Below are positions 14,481 to 24,180 of a stretch of DNA of 64,000 nt, piece after piece. The position numbers and the translations under genes are program-made. This DNA is from a virus, in the IMG/VR virus record IMGVR_UViG_3300015263_000653, positions 25,857 through 89,856 of that record; one strand, given 5' to 3'. The notes under the pieces were generated by a model. The model made no database searches and was not told where the DNA came from. It saw nothing but the letters and a program-made list of their open reading frames with translations. Positions within the stretch are counted from its first letter, which is position 1. Each line of letters starts with the position of its first letter.

Positions 14481-15610
14481 CGGGTAACGCCTCTCAATTC
14501 ATGCCAATGTAAAACGTGGAAGTCATAGCACGCCGCTTCCAGAGCGGACGAGTAGCGGCCATGACGGAACGAAACTGACTCCATGCCTCGTTGGACTGAT
14601 TCGCAGATATCCACGTCTTGGCGTTGGATCAGATGGCTGCTTGCCATGTCTTGCCGCATTCTCTTCTGCGACTGCCAATCTTCCATGTTGTCGTAGGCGA
14701 AGAAGAAGTCGAAGATGACTCGGCACTTGTTGACGCCGAGCGGCTCCACGATGTTGATGTCCATCATGTTGCCGTACCTATTAACGAACAGGTTGGGATA
14801 GAGGTAGCAGTAGGCGACGGTATCGCCGAGCCGCTTATCTTTCCCGTGCGTCTTCGTCATCTGCACCGACGATCTGTCGAACAGCTTAACTTCGAACTCA
14901 TTGAGGTCGAGTTCTGCTGCGAGTTGTTCATGGGCGTAGAGGCAGTGGTAGCATCCGTCGAGGCTGTTATCAACGAAGACCTTCCAGTTACAGTTCATCG
15001 TGTAGACTTCACGATGAAAGAACTTGAGGTTGTTCCAGCCGGTGGGTTCAAGGATGGCATCCAAGTCCTTCACATCTTCAGCGAGGGACCGAGGGTTGTT
15101 CTCCCCCTTGATTGTTTTGCCATCGAGATCGAGGAAGACGAGTGGTCCCCAAGTATCGACAGCGATGGGTTGTAGGCCGTAGCGTGCCGTGTTGAAGCTC
15201 ACCTGTTTACCCAGCATGGGAGCTTTCTTCAGACGGCCATCGTGGTGATATTCCCAGCCATGAAAGGGGCATTGGAAGAAGGCACACGATTGCCTGCCTG
15301 CGTGTTCGGATTCGGCGACGACGGCTCCCTTGTGTCGGCAGACGTTGTGGTGGGCGTAGATTTCGTTGTCTTCTTCGTTCCTGACGACAACGTAGGGGTT
15401 GCCTACGATGTCGCCGGTGAAGTAGCGACCCGGCTTGTTGAGTTGATCGAGGCGACCGACTGGGAGCCAGAGTCGTTGGAAGATTCGGGCCATCTCCTGT
15501 TCGTAGAAACCCTGATCGGTGTACCAAGTGTACGGGGGCGTGCGGCTGTCTTCGAGTCCCCGTTTCGGATCGAACTGATCGAGGAGTTCATCGAACTGTT
15601 TGAAGGCCAT
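14477..15610 (-). CDS. Rieske non-heme iron oxygenase alpha subunit (choline monooxygenase-like)
   Basis: NVCRHKGA and CPFHGWEY (Rieske); NWKVFVDNSLDGCYHCLYAH (mononuclear Fe); QDVDICESVQRG. Confidence 0.92.
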   Translation of the reverse strand: MAFKQFDELLDQFDPKRGLEDSRTPPYTWYTDQGFYEQEMARIFQRLWLPVGRLDQLNKPGRYFTGDIVGNPYVVVRNEEDNEIYAHHNVCRHKGAVVAESEHAGRQSCAFFQCPFHGWEYHHDGRLKKAPMLGKQVSFNTARYGLQPIAVDTWGPLVFLDLDGKTIKGENNPRSLAEDVKDLDAILEPTGWNNLKFFHREVYTMNCNWKVFVDNSLDGCYHCLYAHEQLAAELDLNEFEVKLFDRSSVQMTKTHGKDKRLGDTVAYCYLYPNLFVNRYGNMMDINIVEPLGVNKCRVIFDFFFAYDNMEDWQSQKRMRQDMASSHLIQRQDVDICESVQRGMESVSFRHGRYSSALEAACYDFHVLHWHELRGVTR

Positions 15611-15614
15611 GGCA

Positions 15615-15872
15615 TCATCCTTGATTTGGGTGAACGGTAATCAGTTCTTCGACAAATTGATAACGGCACAAGCGGATCGTCTTGCCATAGGCGTTGGCTT
15701 GAGCCTGCATCTGGGCACGGAGTGGTTCCATCTTGTGCAGATCTTTGGCGGCGAGTGGAATGCAACCGGCTGGAACGAGTCCAGCCTTGATGCCGACTTC
15801 CCCGGAGCCAAGTTCATCTTCGCCGATCCAAGCGAAGATTTCCATGTCTTGGAAGTGTTCTGCATCAGCCAT
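15615..15872 (-). CDS. Hypothetical protein
   Basis: ORF in operon. Confidence 0.7.
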   Translation of the reverse strand: MADAEHFQDMEIFAWIGEDELGSGEVGIKAGLVPAGCIPLAAKDLHKMEPLRAQMQAQANAYGKTIRLCRYQFVEELITVHPNQG

Positions 15873-16173
15873 GAAACCAACTCCAGTAGAGAAGTGTTCC
15901 GAGGATGCCCGTCAGGATTACAATTTTTGCGATGAGTAGTTTGCGGCGACGGCGTTCAAACTCATCGACCTGACTGAAGGGGACGTGGTATTCGTGGCCG
16001 AGCGAATCTTTGTAGATGACGCACGGCTCACAGCGATGCGTCATGATCGGGACGTTCTTTGCCCCGCAGTTGGTGCAATCGCCATTGAGCATGTTTTCTC
16101 CGTCAGATTTCATGTTTACAAAAAAGGCAAAAGGTTCTGTGGGTTGATCATCCGGTTCGACGGCTGCGATCAT
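15865..16173 (-). CDS. Cys-containing protein with C-terminal TM helix
   Basis: CTNC, CEPC, hydrophobic tail. Confidence 0.65.
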   Translation of the reverse strand: MIAAVEPDDQPTEPFAFFVNMKSDGENMLNGDCTNCGAKNVPIMTHRCEPCVIYKDSLGHEYHVPFSQVDEFERRRRKLLIAKIVILTGILGTLLYWSWFHG

Positions 16174-16552
16174 TGTGGTCTTCCGTGTCTTTACTGTCCA
16201 ATCTTTCTAAAGCGGACTGCCAGAACGTCTGGAAGTCGAGAGGGGATTCGTCTTCGGGCAAAGGCCCAATGAGTTCGAGGGCTGTGGTGGCGTCCATCAC
16301 CAGTTCTTCTGAGTCGCCACTGAGAGCTTCGTTGTATCCATGGACGAGTTTCTGGGCGACCTGTTGCAGCACTGCTCGATCTCGGTTGATTCTGTCGTTC
16401 AGAACTTCGCCGACGATCTCGATCAGCGTCTTGTGTTCATAATCCTCAACACCTCGCCCGGCGAGTTGGTGGTTGCGAAACCTTTCGGCTTCGTTCTCGT
16501 GACGGCAAACGATTTCACGAGCGAGTGCGGCGATGGTGTTGGCAGCATCCAT
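16148..16552 (-). CDS. Hypothetical protein
   Basis: GAGG RBS. Confidence 0.7.
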   Translation of the reverse strand: MDAANTIAALAREIVCRHENEAERFRNHQLAGRGVEDYEHKTLIEIVGEVLNDRINRDRAVLQQVAQKLVHGYNEALSGDSEELVMDATTALELIGPLPEDESPLDFQTFWQSALERLDSKDTEDHNDRSRRTG

Positions 16553-16607
16553 TTAGTAACCTCTTTCCTTCATAATGTTGATTCGGTAGTTGGGCGGAAA
16601 TCGGGTC

Positions 16608-17012
16608 TCAGCATTCGTGTTCGTTGACGAGGACTCCAGCGGCTCTACATTTCAAACAGTTGCCTGTGAGTCGTTGTTCTTCGTCAAGTCCCAGATTGTT
16701 AAAGCGTGTGGCCTTGTAGTCTTCTCCTTCCAGATCATCGAGTCGTTTATTGATAGCCGTGTGCAAGAGGTTGGAAGTCTCTCGCAGGTAGGCGACGATC
16801 TTTCGGAATTGTTCTTCGGTTTCAAATGGGACACGAACGAACTTGACCTTGGAATCAGACAGCCGCCATTCGCAGATCATGTCCATCTCGACGACTTTGA
16901 GATGGTTGCTATTATCGTCTTCCTCGAAGGCCGAGTAGACGGGGAAGTATCCATCCGGGTTTTGGATGAAGTGCTTCTCGAAGTCGTCGAATTCAATTGT
17001 GTCACGTCTCAT
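16608..17012 (-). CDS. Hypothetical protein
   Basis: Coupled ORF, start MRRDTI. Confidence 0.7.
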   Translation of the reverse strand: MRRDTIEFDDFEKHFIQNPDGYFPVYSAFEEDDNSNHLKVVEMDMICEWRLSDSKVKFVRVPFETEEQFRKIVAYLRETSNLLHTAINKRLDDLEGEDYKATRFNNLGLDEEQRLTGNCLKCRAAGVLVNEHEC

Positions 17013-17251
17013 TTGAAAATCACCGTCAGAAATTGTCCCACTACGCAACCTATGATGACCATGATGGAAAAGAATACAAGTGTGAGGACAAAGCCTGTGC
17101 GGCTCAATCCTTTCTTATGAAATTCCACAACTTGATCCATCTGCTCACGATCCAGATGTTGCGTGACGATGAAGAAGTTGTATTGTTGCTCGTTGATCTG
17201 TCCCGTCGCATATCTGAATGCGAGTTCGATATCAACTTTTGGATTGCTCAT
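17009..17251 (-). CDS. Small membrane protein
   Basis: AGGAGG RBS; C-terminal TM. Confidence 0.7.
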   Translation of the reverse strand: MSNPKVDIELAFRYATGQINEQQYNFFIVTQHLDREQMDQVVEFHKKGLSRTGFVLTLVFFSIMVIIGCVVGQFLTVIFK

Positions 17252-17426
17252 CCGTTTCGCCTCCTTGCGGTTCTTCTCTGGAGTTGCATTCTCCTTTGTC
17301 GAGGTTCACATTCTTCTCAAGACCTTTGCGGCATCCGGCGAACTTGTCACGGCCATCGAGGCGAAATTTGCCATCGATATAGGCGGCGTGGGCACAACCG
17401 TCGCAAATGGTTTCGAGTTCGGTCAT
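17232..17426 (-). CDS. Small Cys-containing protein
   Basis: GGAGG RBS; coupled ORF. Confidence 0.6.
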   Translation of the reverse strand: MTELETICDGCAHAAYIDGKFRLDGRDKFAGCRKGLEKNVNLDKGECNSREEPQGGETDEQSKS

Positions 17427-18394
17427 TGGTCCTCCATTGCTTTCATCGAATCACGCATACGGCGAATCTCCCGAACGGCCTGATCGTCTTGGGCTTCAGT
17501 GGCGGCTCGTTCGAGAGCGTCAAGTTGTTCCATCATTTCTTCGGGGCTGGCGATGATCATCGGACTGCGAGCGGCCATTGCTTTCTCATAAGTGTCGGCC
17601 ATGTCGGTCATGAATTCCTCGAAGGAATTACCGATGGTCAGAACTTCCATGACGATGAAGTCTTGGTTGAGAAGTTGCCGACGAGTAGCGATCTCCATTT
17701 GCTTTGCGAACTTGGCGGGATCGGTGATCCCAAAGATTTTGAAAGCGGCTTGGGCTTGAGGGTCTTCGAAGATGCTGGGTTGCGCCATGATGGCTTTGAG
17801 TGAGCAGGGGACGATACCAGAGATCACGGCTTCCGGCACGTTGTTGTTAGCCCGAGCTTCTTCGAGTTCCTCTTCTTCCATGATGGGGCAATCGAGCATT
17901 TCTTGATTGTGCTCTGGCATCCAGTTGAACTCGACGCCGCCGTCTTTGCCGTGATAGTCGTATGGGTAGCTGCCCATGAAGAAGCGGCCATCTTCTGAGA
18001 GGTAATGGACGCAGAGGCAGTCGGCGATTTCGCCGAGAGAGCAGGCCCCTTCTTCGTCACATGCTCTCTGCATGGAGCCGGGTTTGCCAGCGTACTTCTC
18101 ATAGAGACGCTGGACTTCTTCGGGGCTCTTGCCGTTGGTGAGGATGGTATGTCCGTCTGTGACAAGAATGACGGAGTTGATACCCAAGCCACGCCGAAGA
18201 ATGTTGCAGGCGTTCAGCCCTTCGTACTTATCGAGTTGCGGGGCGACTACTAAGAGAGTCGGCTTCCCGTCTTTGATGCCAACGACAGTGGGGTTCATAT
18301 CGCCCCGCTGTGTTGAATGCACCCAAGCCATCTTATGATGTTTGGCGAGCCTCACGAACTCCTGAAAGTTGAAGAGCGTGGCGTCGGTGGTCAT
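17423..18394 (-). CDS. Hypothetical protein (323 aa)
   Basis: Long ORF with RBS. Confidence 0.85.
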   Translation of the reverse strand: MTTDATLFNFQEFVRLAKHHKMAWVHSTQRGDMNPTVVGIKDGKPTLLVVAPQLDKYEGLNACNILRRGLGINSVILVTDGHTILTNGKSPEEVQRLYEKYAGKPGSMQRACDEEGACSLGEIADCLCVHYLSEDGRFFMGSYPYDYHGKDGGVEFNWMPEHNQEMLDCPIMEEEELEEARANNNVPEAVISGIVPCSLKAIMAQPSIFEDPQAQAAFKIFGITDPAKFAKQMEIATRRQLLNQDFIVMEVLTIGNSFEEFMTDMADTYEKAMAARSPMIIASPEEMMEQLDALERAATEAQDDQAVREIRRMRDSMKAMEDQ

Positions 18395-18409
18395 CCTTCA
18401 TCCTCCATG

Positions 18410-18667
18410 TCATCCGTCTTTGTTCACGTCAAAAGCGGTTGAAGTAATATGGGCGGGCCAATCAACTCGCTCCAAGACGCCACGAGTTTGCAGGGAGTCT
18501 TGAGTCAGTTCGTGCATAGCACGTTGATAGCCGTTGTAGATGGGGGTGAGCAACTGTGTGTTCGCCATGAGATGAGATTGCGGAGCTTTCCAGCCATGTA
18601 TGGACACGAGGGCTTCGCAGACTCGATCAAAGAAATTGCCGAACTCCATGTTGGTCTCCCATTCCAT
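18410..18667 (-). CDS. Hypothetical protein
   Basis: ORF; start uncertain. Confidence 0.65.
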   Translation of the reverse strand: MEWETNMEFGNFFDRVCEALVSIHGWKAPQSHLMANTQLLTPIYNGYQRAMHELTQDSLQTRGVLERVDWPAHITSTAFDVNKDG

Positions 18668-18744
18668 TGTTGTGCGATCTCCGAAATTCCACAGCCGCCC
18701 CCGCCCTCAGACCGAAGACGAGGGCGACTGGGATGGTGGGCAGC

Positions 18745-19071
18745 TTACACCATGTCCTTGAGACCCTTGAGGGGTCGGACCTTGACGACGTTGCGTGCCG
18801 GTTTGGCGGGTCGGTCTTGCAGTTCGCCGGTGAAGGGGTTCTTGACGTTTTTCTGCGCCTTGACGGCGGGCTTGCGGACCCTGACGATTTTCACGAGGCC
18901 GGGAATGGTGAGTGCCCCGGCTCCTTTCCGTCCGCCGACTTCGGACTGAACGACGTTGACGAGGGCGTCGAAGACTTCGCCGACCTGTCGTTTGTTGAGT
19001 CCGGTTTGGTCAGCAATCTGCGTGAGTAGCTGCGTCTTCGTCAAGGGGCGATTCTCGGTTGCAGTCGCCAT
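18745..19071 (-). CDS. HU/IHF-family DNA-binding protein
   Basis: LTKTQLLTQIADQTGLNKRQV, IPGLVKI, KNPFTGE, KPARNVVKVRPLKGLKDMV; GGAGG RBS. Confidence 0.92.
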   Translation of the reverse strand: MATATENRPLTKTQLLTQIADQTGLNKRQVGEVFDALVNVVQSEVGGRKGAGALTIPGLVKIVRVRKPAVKAQKNVKNPFTGELQDRPAKPARNVVKVRPLKGLKDMV

Positions 19072-19194
19072 GGTCTGGGGTTCCTCCAAAGTGCCAAGTG
19101 TGAATACGATTGAGCAATACAATCGAGCCAAAAGCATTGTAAGGCACGGAATGAGGGCAGTAAAGCATAGATACTGAAAAACAGGAGGTTGTCA

Positions 19195-19647
19195 ATGTTT
19201 CGCAAACTGCTCACCATTTTGCTGTTTTCTACAATGCTTGTGTCCACCGGATGCGAGATGTTCAATCCGATTGGCCCCATCATCCAACTGGGGGTCATGT
19301 GGTACGAGGGCGAGGCTTCCAAGTATTACAACACCGATCAGGAAACAATCCACATTGCGGTGAAGAAGGTTCTCAATGATCTTGAGTTCCCCATCACGAA
19401 AGAGACGAACGAGGGCGACTACATCTACATCATTGCTGATGCAGATGATCGCTTCAAAATCAAGGTTCGAGAGGTTCGCCACAATGTGACGAAGTTGTCG
19501 ATTCGCATCAACACATGGGGCGACCGGCCATATGCCGAAATGATTTTCCGCCATGTGGATCGAGAACCAAAGGTTATTGACTTTGTGACAGTCGAAGAGT
19601 TGAACACCGCTCTCCAAGAAAGAAAGCGGGTTCGCCACAACAAGTGA
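19195..19647 (+). CDS. DUF3568-like lipoprotein
   Basis: Lipobox-like VSTGC after a hydrophobic signal; TKLSIRINTWGD C-terminal pattern. Confidence 0.7.
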   Translation: MFRKLLTILLFSTMLVSTGCEMFNPIGPIIQLGVMWYEGEASKYYNTDQETIHIAVKKVLNDLEFPITKETNEGDYIYIIADADDRFKIKVREVRHNVTKLSIRINTWGDRPYAEMIFRHVDREPKVIDFVTVEELNTALQERKRVRHNK

Positions 19648-19648
19648 T

Positions 19649-19810
19649 TCAGTCCAAAAGTTGGAACAGTGTCACGCACCCAGCGAGGAAGTTCAGGGCT
19701 CCAAGGCCGAGCAAAAGGCTTTGGAGCCATTTTTGTTGGATCTTCTTCTGATAGAAGTAGATCCAATAAGCCCAGCCGAAGTTCACGATGATGACAATGA
19801 TGGGGAGCAT
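19649..19810 (-). CDS. Small two-TM membrane protein (53 aa)
   Basis: Translated by hand: MLPIIVIIVNFGWAYW...LAGCVTLFQLLD. Confidence 0.55.
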   Translation of the reverse strand: MLPIIVIIVNFGWAYWIYFYQKKIQQKWLQSLLLGLGALNFLAGCVTLFQLLD

Positions 19811-20009
19811 CCTACTGCCCTTCTAATATGTTTCAAAATCTCCTCAGTTTCGGAGATGGTTAATGGTTTGCCGAAGAACACCATCAGTTCGCCCTTGACA
19901 TGGGCGTAGTGACATTTGATTTCTCCGTTTGCGTCACAAACTTGGAAAGTCCGCTGATCGGAACCCAGACCACACAGGCTGGTGCTAGGGGTGATGCGTA
20001 GCACGAGAG

Positions 20010-20600
20010 CTACTCCTTCATATCGGTGGCAATCCGCTGAGCAAGATCGACATCTTTCGTAGATGTCATAAGATCTTTCACATTGTCTGCACAGAAGCCA
20101 TGTGCTCCCCTTTGTATGAACTCGTAGATCACTCCAGTCAACATGCTTGGCTTGGTGAAGCACTGCACGAGGTCTGGGCATGTGAGAGGCTTCTCAGAAG
20201 TGAACTCGGCGTAGCCCAATTCTCTCCATTCTCTCATGGTGTCTTCTACGGATTCGACTTGGTAGGCGAGGTGGTGAATTCCGCCAACTCCCTGCCGTGC
20301 TGCGACCCACTTTCCAACGATGCTGTCGGAATCACCGTCTGAGACAAAGATCTCAGGGGCCATATGAAACTCGGCGACAGGAAATGTGCCACCGGGATTG
20401 TCATGCCACAGGAAGTGTTTCCACGGTGCCATATCATGTGTGGGCTTCTCTGGTGGTTCCAGAGCGAAGCATTTGACGTGGCTTCCGTCATCGAAGTTGA
20501 GTTCGAATTCTGTTTGAACTCGATACCCAAAAGCGGCCTTAAAGAAATCGACTGTTTTGTGTCGGTCGGCGACTCGGTATGCGATATGATCTAATCTCAT
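20010..20600 (-). CDS. VOC-family protein, HPPD C-terminal-like
   Basis: LDHIAYRV, GGIHHLAYQV, QCFTKP...YEFIQRG..GF...NV. Confidence 0.8.
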   Translation of the reverse strand: MRLDHIAYRVADRHKTVDFFKAAFGYRVQTEFELNFDDGSHVKCFALEPPEKPTHDMAPWKHFLWHDNPGGTFPVAEFHMAPEIFVSDGDSDSIVGKWVAARQGVGGIHHLAYQVESVEDTMREWRELGYAEFTSEKPLTCPDLVQCFTKPSMLTGVIYEFIQRGAHGFCADNVKDLMTSTKDVDLAQRIATDMKE

Positions 20601-21199
20601 TTTCCCTCCGCAGGTAATTGAGTTTGGCTCCGGTATTTCTCACCAAGAGCCACCAAAATTCCTGCGATGGCACCGCATAGATGGCCTTCCCAACTGATCG
20701 TCGGATCGCTGGGAATCATCCCGCTGACGAACGTGAAGGCGTTCAGGGAAAGCGTCATAAGAGCATAGAACAGAAGGGCTTCCTTATGATGGACGATGGC
20801 TCCCATGAGCATGTATGTCGTCAAGCCGTAGCAGAGAAGGCTGGCCCCGATATGGTCATGTGGGCGACCCATCAACCAGAGCAATGTTCCACCGAGAATG
20901 CAGATCTTGAAGATGACTTCCGGCATGTGGAACTCACCGTCGAAAGACAGGAACAGTGGGATGAGGACCAAGAAGATGCCGATGGAGTTGACGACGAGGT
21001 GGAGTAGATGGGCGTGCAAGAAGTGCATGGTGATGATTCCCAGCAAGCCGTCAAACTGTCTGGGGATTACGCCGTACTCTCTGAGATCGATTCCGAGCGG
21101 AATGAACATGACCGTTATGATGAAGACGGCCCACATGGCTTGGACCAAACCCGCTGTTCTCAGCACTGCTACCAGAGCCCTCTTGGCTTTCTGTTTCAT
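20597..21199 (-). CDS. Rhomboid-family intramembrane serine protease
   Basis: HFLHAHLLHLVVN, HIGAS, SWEGHLCGAIAG; multiple TMs. Confidence 0.88.
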   Translation of the reverse strand: MKQKAKRALVAVLRTAGLVQAMWAVFIITVMFIPLGIDLREYGVIPRQFDGLLGIITMHFLHAHLLHLVVNSIGIFLVLIPLFLSFDGEFHMPEVIFKICILGGTLLWLMGRPHDHIGASLLCYGLTTYMLMGAIVHHKEALLFYALMTLSLNAFTFVSGMIPSDPTISWEGHLCGAIAGILVALGEKYRSQTQLPAEGK

Positions 21200-21223
21200 C
21201 GTTCGCTTCCTTGCAAAAGTCAG

Positions 21224-21844
21224 TCAGTTGAAGTTCTCTCGAAGATACTCAAGGCATTCTTGGGCGCACCGGCGAGTTGACGCAACGAGTTTTTCATCGT
21301 TGACATCGTGAATGGTGCCGTTGAGGTATTCACGATGTCGAATGGTTCCCAGCAGGTGTTGTGACGCATCATCCTCCCGTTGCTCCAAAGCATCTGTGAG
21401 ATGGTGCAGACAGCCCATGACATGGTTTGCCCCGCAAGTCAAATCATCCCGGCTGAGTTTGTCGGTGACTTCTTTGACGCCGAGAACGGTGATGTAAGCC
21501 AACAGGTGCTCGACCATGATTTGCCTTCCTCGTAGTTCTCGGTATTCGAGAGGATTATCTTTGGCCCATTGTAGCATCAATTCACGCAACAGGGCCATCC
21601 GACTTTTGCCTTCGTCGGTTTCATTCCAACTTTTGCAACCTCCCACACACCAGTCGGTATCGACTTGCGGGAGATCATCGTCGAACATTGCGTTTTGCAA
21701 GGCGTTCCGAGCTTCGGCCCCACCGAGGAGAGCGGCATTCAGCATACAACACGGTCGGAGACAGTGAGTACACCGAATGACGCCCTTCTCGAAAGGAATC
21801 TTAAATGATCTCAGGGCCACGCCAGAACTCCAGCTTTTGGGCAT
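21224..21844 (-). CDS. Hypothetical protein (start uncertain)
   Basis: Long ORF in operon. Confidence 0.65.
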   Translation of the reverse strand: MPKSWSSGVALRSFKIPFEKGVIRCTHCLRPCCMLNAALLGGAEARNALQNAMFDDDLPQVDTDWCVGGCKSWNETDEGKSRMALLRELMLQWAKDNPLEYRELRGRQIMVEHLLAYITVLGVKEVTDKLSRDDLTCGANHVMGCLHHLTDALEQREDDASQHLLGTIRHREYLNGTIHDVNDEKLVASTRRCAQECLEYLRENFN

Positions 21845-22307
21845 GATACTCGTATTCGGGTCGGTAGAAGTGGCCTTCCAGAACTGTTTCCCTCAGTTCC
21901 TTTGGGAACCATTCTTCTCCGTCCAACCAACTTTCCAAAGCGGCCTTGTGTCGTTCATGCCAAGCATCAACCACTTCTCCGTGGGCTTGATAGAGGGCAT
22001 GGTTGTGATCTTCGATGGCCTTTCTTTCGGCCCGCATTTCATCTGTGATCTCTTCTTTGCGAAGACCAGACTTCCACACCACTCGTTCCTTGAGTCCCGA
22101 GCGATCCATCTCTGGCATGGGGTTTTGTTCTCGCCATGCTTCGTCGAAGGTGCGGGCGAGGCTAAGCCAAGTCCTGATGTTCTGGTCTTGTTCTTTGAGC
22201 GTGTTGATGACGCCCTGTGGATCGATGCCATCAGGCACGGCCCAGATAACCCAAGGATCAACCCAGTGTTCATCCGGGTCAGATCGTTTGATGATGTTGA
22301 CAGACAT
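21801..22307 (-). CDS. Hypothetical protein
   Basis: TAATG-coupled, start MSVNII. Confidence 0.7.
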   Translation of the reverse strand: MSVNIIKRSDPDEHWVDPWVIWAVPDGIDPQGVINTLKEQDQNIRTWLSLARTFDEAWREQNPMPEMDRSGLKERVVWKSGLRKEEITDEMRAERKAIEDHNHALYQAHGEVVDAWHERHKAALESWLDGEEWFPKELRETVLEGHFYRPEYEYHAQKLEFWRGPEII

Positions 22308-22447
22308 TAGTAGGCCCACAGCAGATAAGCGGAAACGATGAGAACAACCGCCGCCCAGAACCACGGACTTTTCAGTGGTTCAAAGTAAGCCTTCACGGCC
22401 TCGACGACGGATTGTTTGAGGTAGTACCAGAAGTCACGGGGATTCAT
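22307..22447 (-). CDS. Small membrane protein (46 aa)
   Basis: MNPRDFWYY...WFWAAVVLIVSAYLLWAY. Confidence 0.6.
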   Translation of the reverse strand: MNPRDFWYYLKQSVVEAVKAYFEPLKSPWFWAAVVLIVSAYLLWAY

Positions 22448-22887
22448 ACTTGCTCCGGGACATGGGGCTTGAAGGCTCCTTTTCGACGAGCCTTCCGTTC
22501 TCGTTCGATTCGCCAAGCCCCTTTCACCGGGCGTGAATCTTCGACCTTGTGGGTATCGTAAACCACGCCGTCCTTGACACACATAACGTGTCCTTTCATC
22601 TGAAGGATGAACGTGCCATCGGGATGTTGTTCGCAGAACTCTTCAGCGGTCATCTGCCAATCAAACTCGTACCAGACGAATATGTGGCCGAAGACAACCT
22701 CTCTGGTGATGATCGAGAAGGGGAAGCGTCGATGGGAGTCCCGGCCACGTTCTCTGAGTTCATCGTAGGCGATGTCATAGTCAGTGCCGGTGGCAATGGC
22801 GAGTGCCCGGACTGTGCAGTCTTCTTTTTGTCTCGGGCGTCGGCTGAATCGTCTGCCGCCGTCGTTTTGTTCCCATTCGAAGCTCAT
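22444..22887 (-). CDS. Conserved phage hypothetical (DCTVRA motif), possibly papain-like
   Basis: NDGGR, EDCTVRALAIATG, GHVMCVKDGVVYDT (Cys-His-Asp). Confidence 0.7.
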   Translation of the reverse strand: MSFEWEQNDGGRRFSRRPRQKEDCTVRALAIATGTDYDIAYDELRERGRDSHRRFPFSIITREVVFGHIFVWYEFDWQMTAEEFCEQHPDGTFILQMKGHVMCVKDGVVYDTHKVEDSRPVKGAWRIERERKARRKGAFKPHVPEQV

Positions 22888-23189
22888 TGTGCCTCCAGAT
22901 CGAAAAGTGCGATTACCTCATTGAGTTGTGATTGGGTCATGATGTTGACCTTCTTGTTGGACCCCATGACCATCACGCCACGGGCCATACCATCCATCGC
23001 CATCTTCATCGGATCAAGGCTTTCTGAGATTGAAGCCAATCCGACGTAGTGGGGACACTGAAAACTGATCAGGTCGATGCCGGGAAATTTTTCCTGAACA
23101 TCCTTGACGATATTCGGCCATTCTTCTGTGAGAAATGGGTCGGCGGCATACACGCCATCGAGCGTCACAGTTTTACCGTTGAGTTTCAT
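22884..23189 (-). CDS. Hypothetical protein
   Basis: Coupled ORF. Confidence 0.65.
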   Translation of the reverse strand: MKLNGKTVTLDGVYAADPFLTEEWPNIVKDVQEKFPGIDLISFQCPHYVGLASISESLDPMKMAMDGMARGVMVMGSNKKVNIMTQSQLNEVIALFDLEAQ

Positions 23190-23932
23190 CAAGTCACCCA
23201 TTCGAGTTGTTGGTCTGTGAGTTGTCCGTTGCCATCGTCTTTGTACGAATAGCAGCAGCAACTTCCATACTCTCCCGCCATTTTGTGCTTGCTGGGCAAT
23301 TGATCACAGGTGTCGAACACCGCTGCGTCTTCTGTATCGCCGCCGCCTGCCCGAGAGTCATAGATGATGTAGACTCTCTTCTCCTTCTTGGCCTTCGGTC
23401 GCTTCGTCATGTACTTGACGGGCCGCTTGTTCTGGTAGCAGAAGATCTCATATCGATCTCGCCCAAGTGCGTCGGCGTCTTCGTTCTCTTCACGAGGCAC
23501 CCATCGAACGATGAGGTTTTTGCCTCGCTCCAACTCCATCTCTTCAAACAAGTCCCAGACTCGTTGTCGGAGTTTCTGGAGATGCTCAGCGTTACAGTTC
23601 CATTCCCGCTTGACTTGGCAGACGACAAGTTTCGAGTCGCCTGTGACGAGGAGTTGTCCTCGCCACCCCTGTTCTTTGAGCCAGCGGAGCGGGAAGCCGA
23701 GGGCACAGTATTCGGCGAAGTTGTTTGTGGCGAGTTTGCCACCGTCCGCCACGACTTGTGCGCCTTGGGCCAACCGCTTACCAGTGAGCTTGTCGTTGAT
23801 GAGCCAACCGATACTGGCAACACCACCGGGGTTTTTTGGTTCGCAACTTCCATCGAAGGCAAGGTGCAGATCTTTGTGTTCGGTGATCTTGCCTTCCGTA
23901 AAGTCTTGGACGTTGATTTTGGCTTCAGCCAT
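23189..23932 (-). CDS. rnhA: Ribonuclease HI (archaeal/actinobacterial-like) with C-terminal extension
   Basis: FDGSCEPKNPG, TNNFAEYCAL, GDSKLVV.QV..EW, WVPREENEDADAL. Confidence 0.9.
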   Translation of the reverse strand: MAEAKINVQDFTEGKITEHKDLHLAFDGSCEPKNPGGVASIGWLINDKLTGKRLAQGAQVVADGGKLATNNFAEYCALGFPLRWLKEQGWRGQLLVTGDSKLVVCQVKREWNCNAEHLQKLRQRVWDLFEEMELERGKNLIVRWVPREENEDADALGRDRYEIFCYQNKRPVKYMTKRPKAKKEKRVYIIYDSRAGGGDTEDAAVFDTCDQLPSKHKMAGEYGSCCCYSYKDDGNGQLTDQQLEWVT

Positions 23933-24140
23933 GAGTGAATTTCCTCCGCAGGTCATTGTATGGCTGTTTTTCTAGGCTGTAAAGCCAAATCAGCCCGATA
24001 CAAATTTTGCGTTAGAAATTCCGGCTGATCCAGTAGAAGGCGAGTTGGAAGCAGCGGAAGATGAGTGCTCCGAGGAGCATCATCAGGAAGAAAGTGGCGA
24101 GTGTGATGTTGTGACCCATTTTGTTCATCGGTGTTTCTCC

Positions 24141-24177
24141 AAAAGAAAAAGCCCCAGAGCGACTTCGCTCCGGGGCT
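24141..24177 (-). terminator. Rho-independent terminator
   Basis: Minus strand AGCCCCGGAGCGAAGTCGCTCTGGGGCTTTTTCTTTT. Confidence 0.8.
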
Positions 24178-24180
24178 CAC

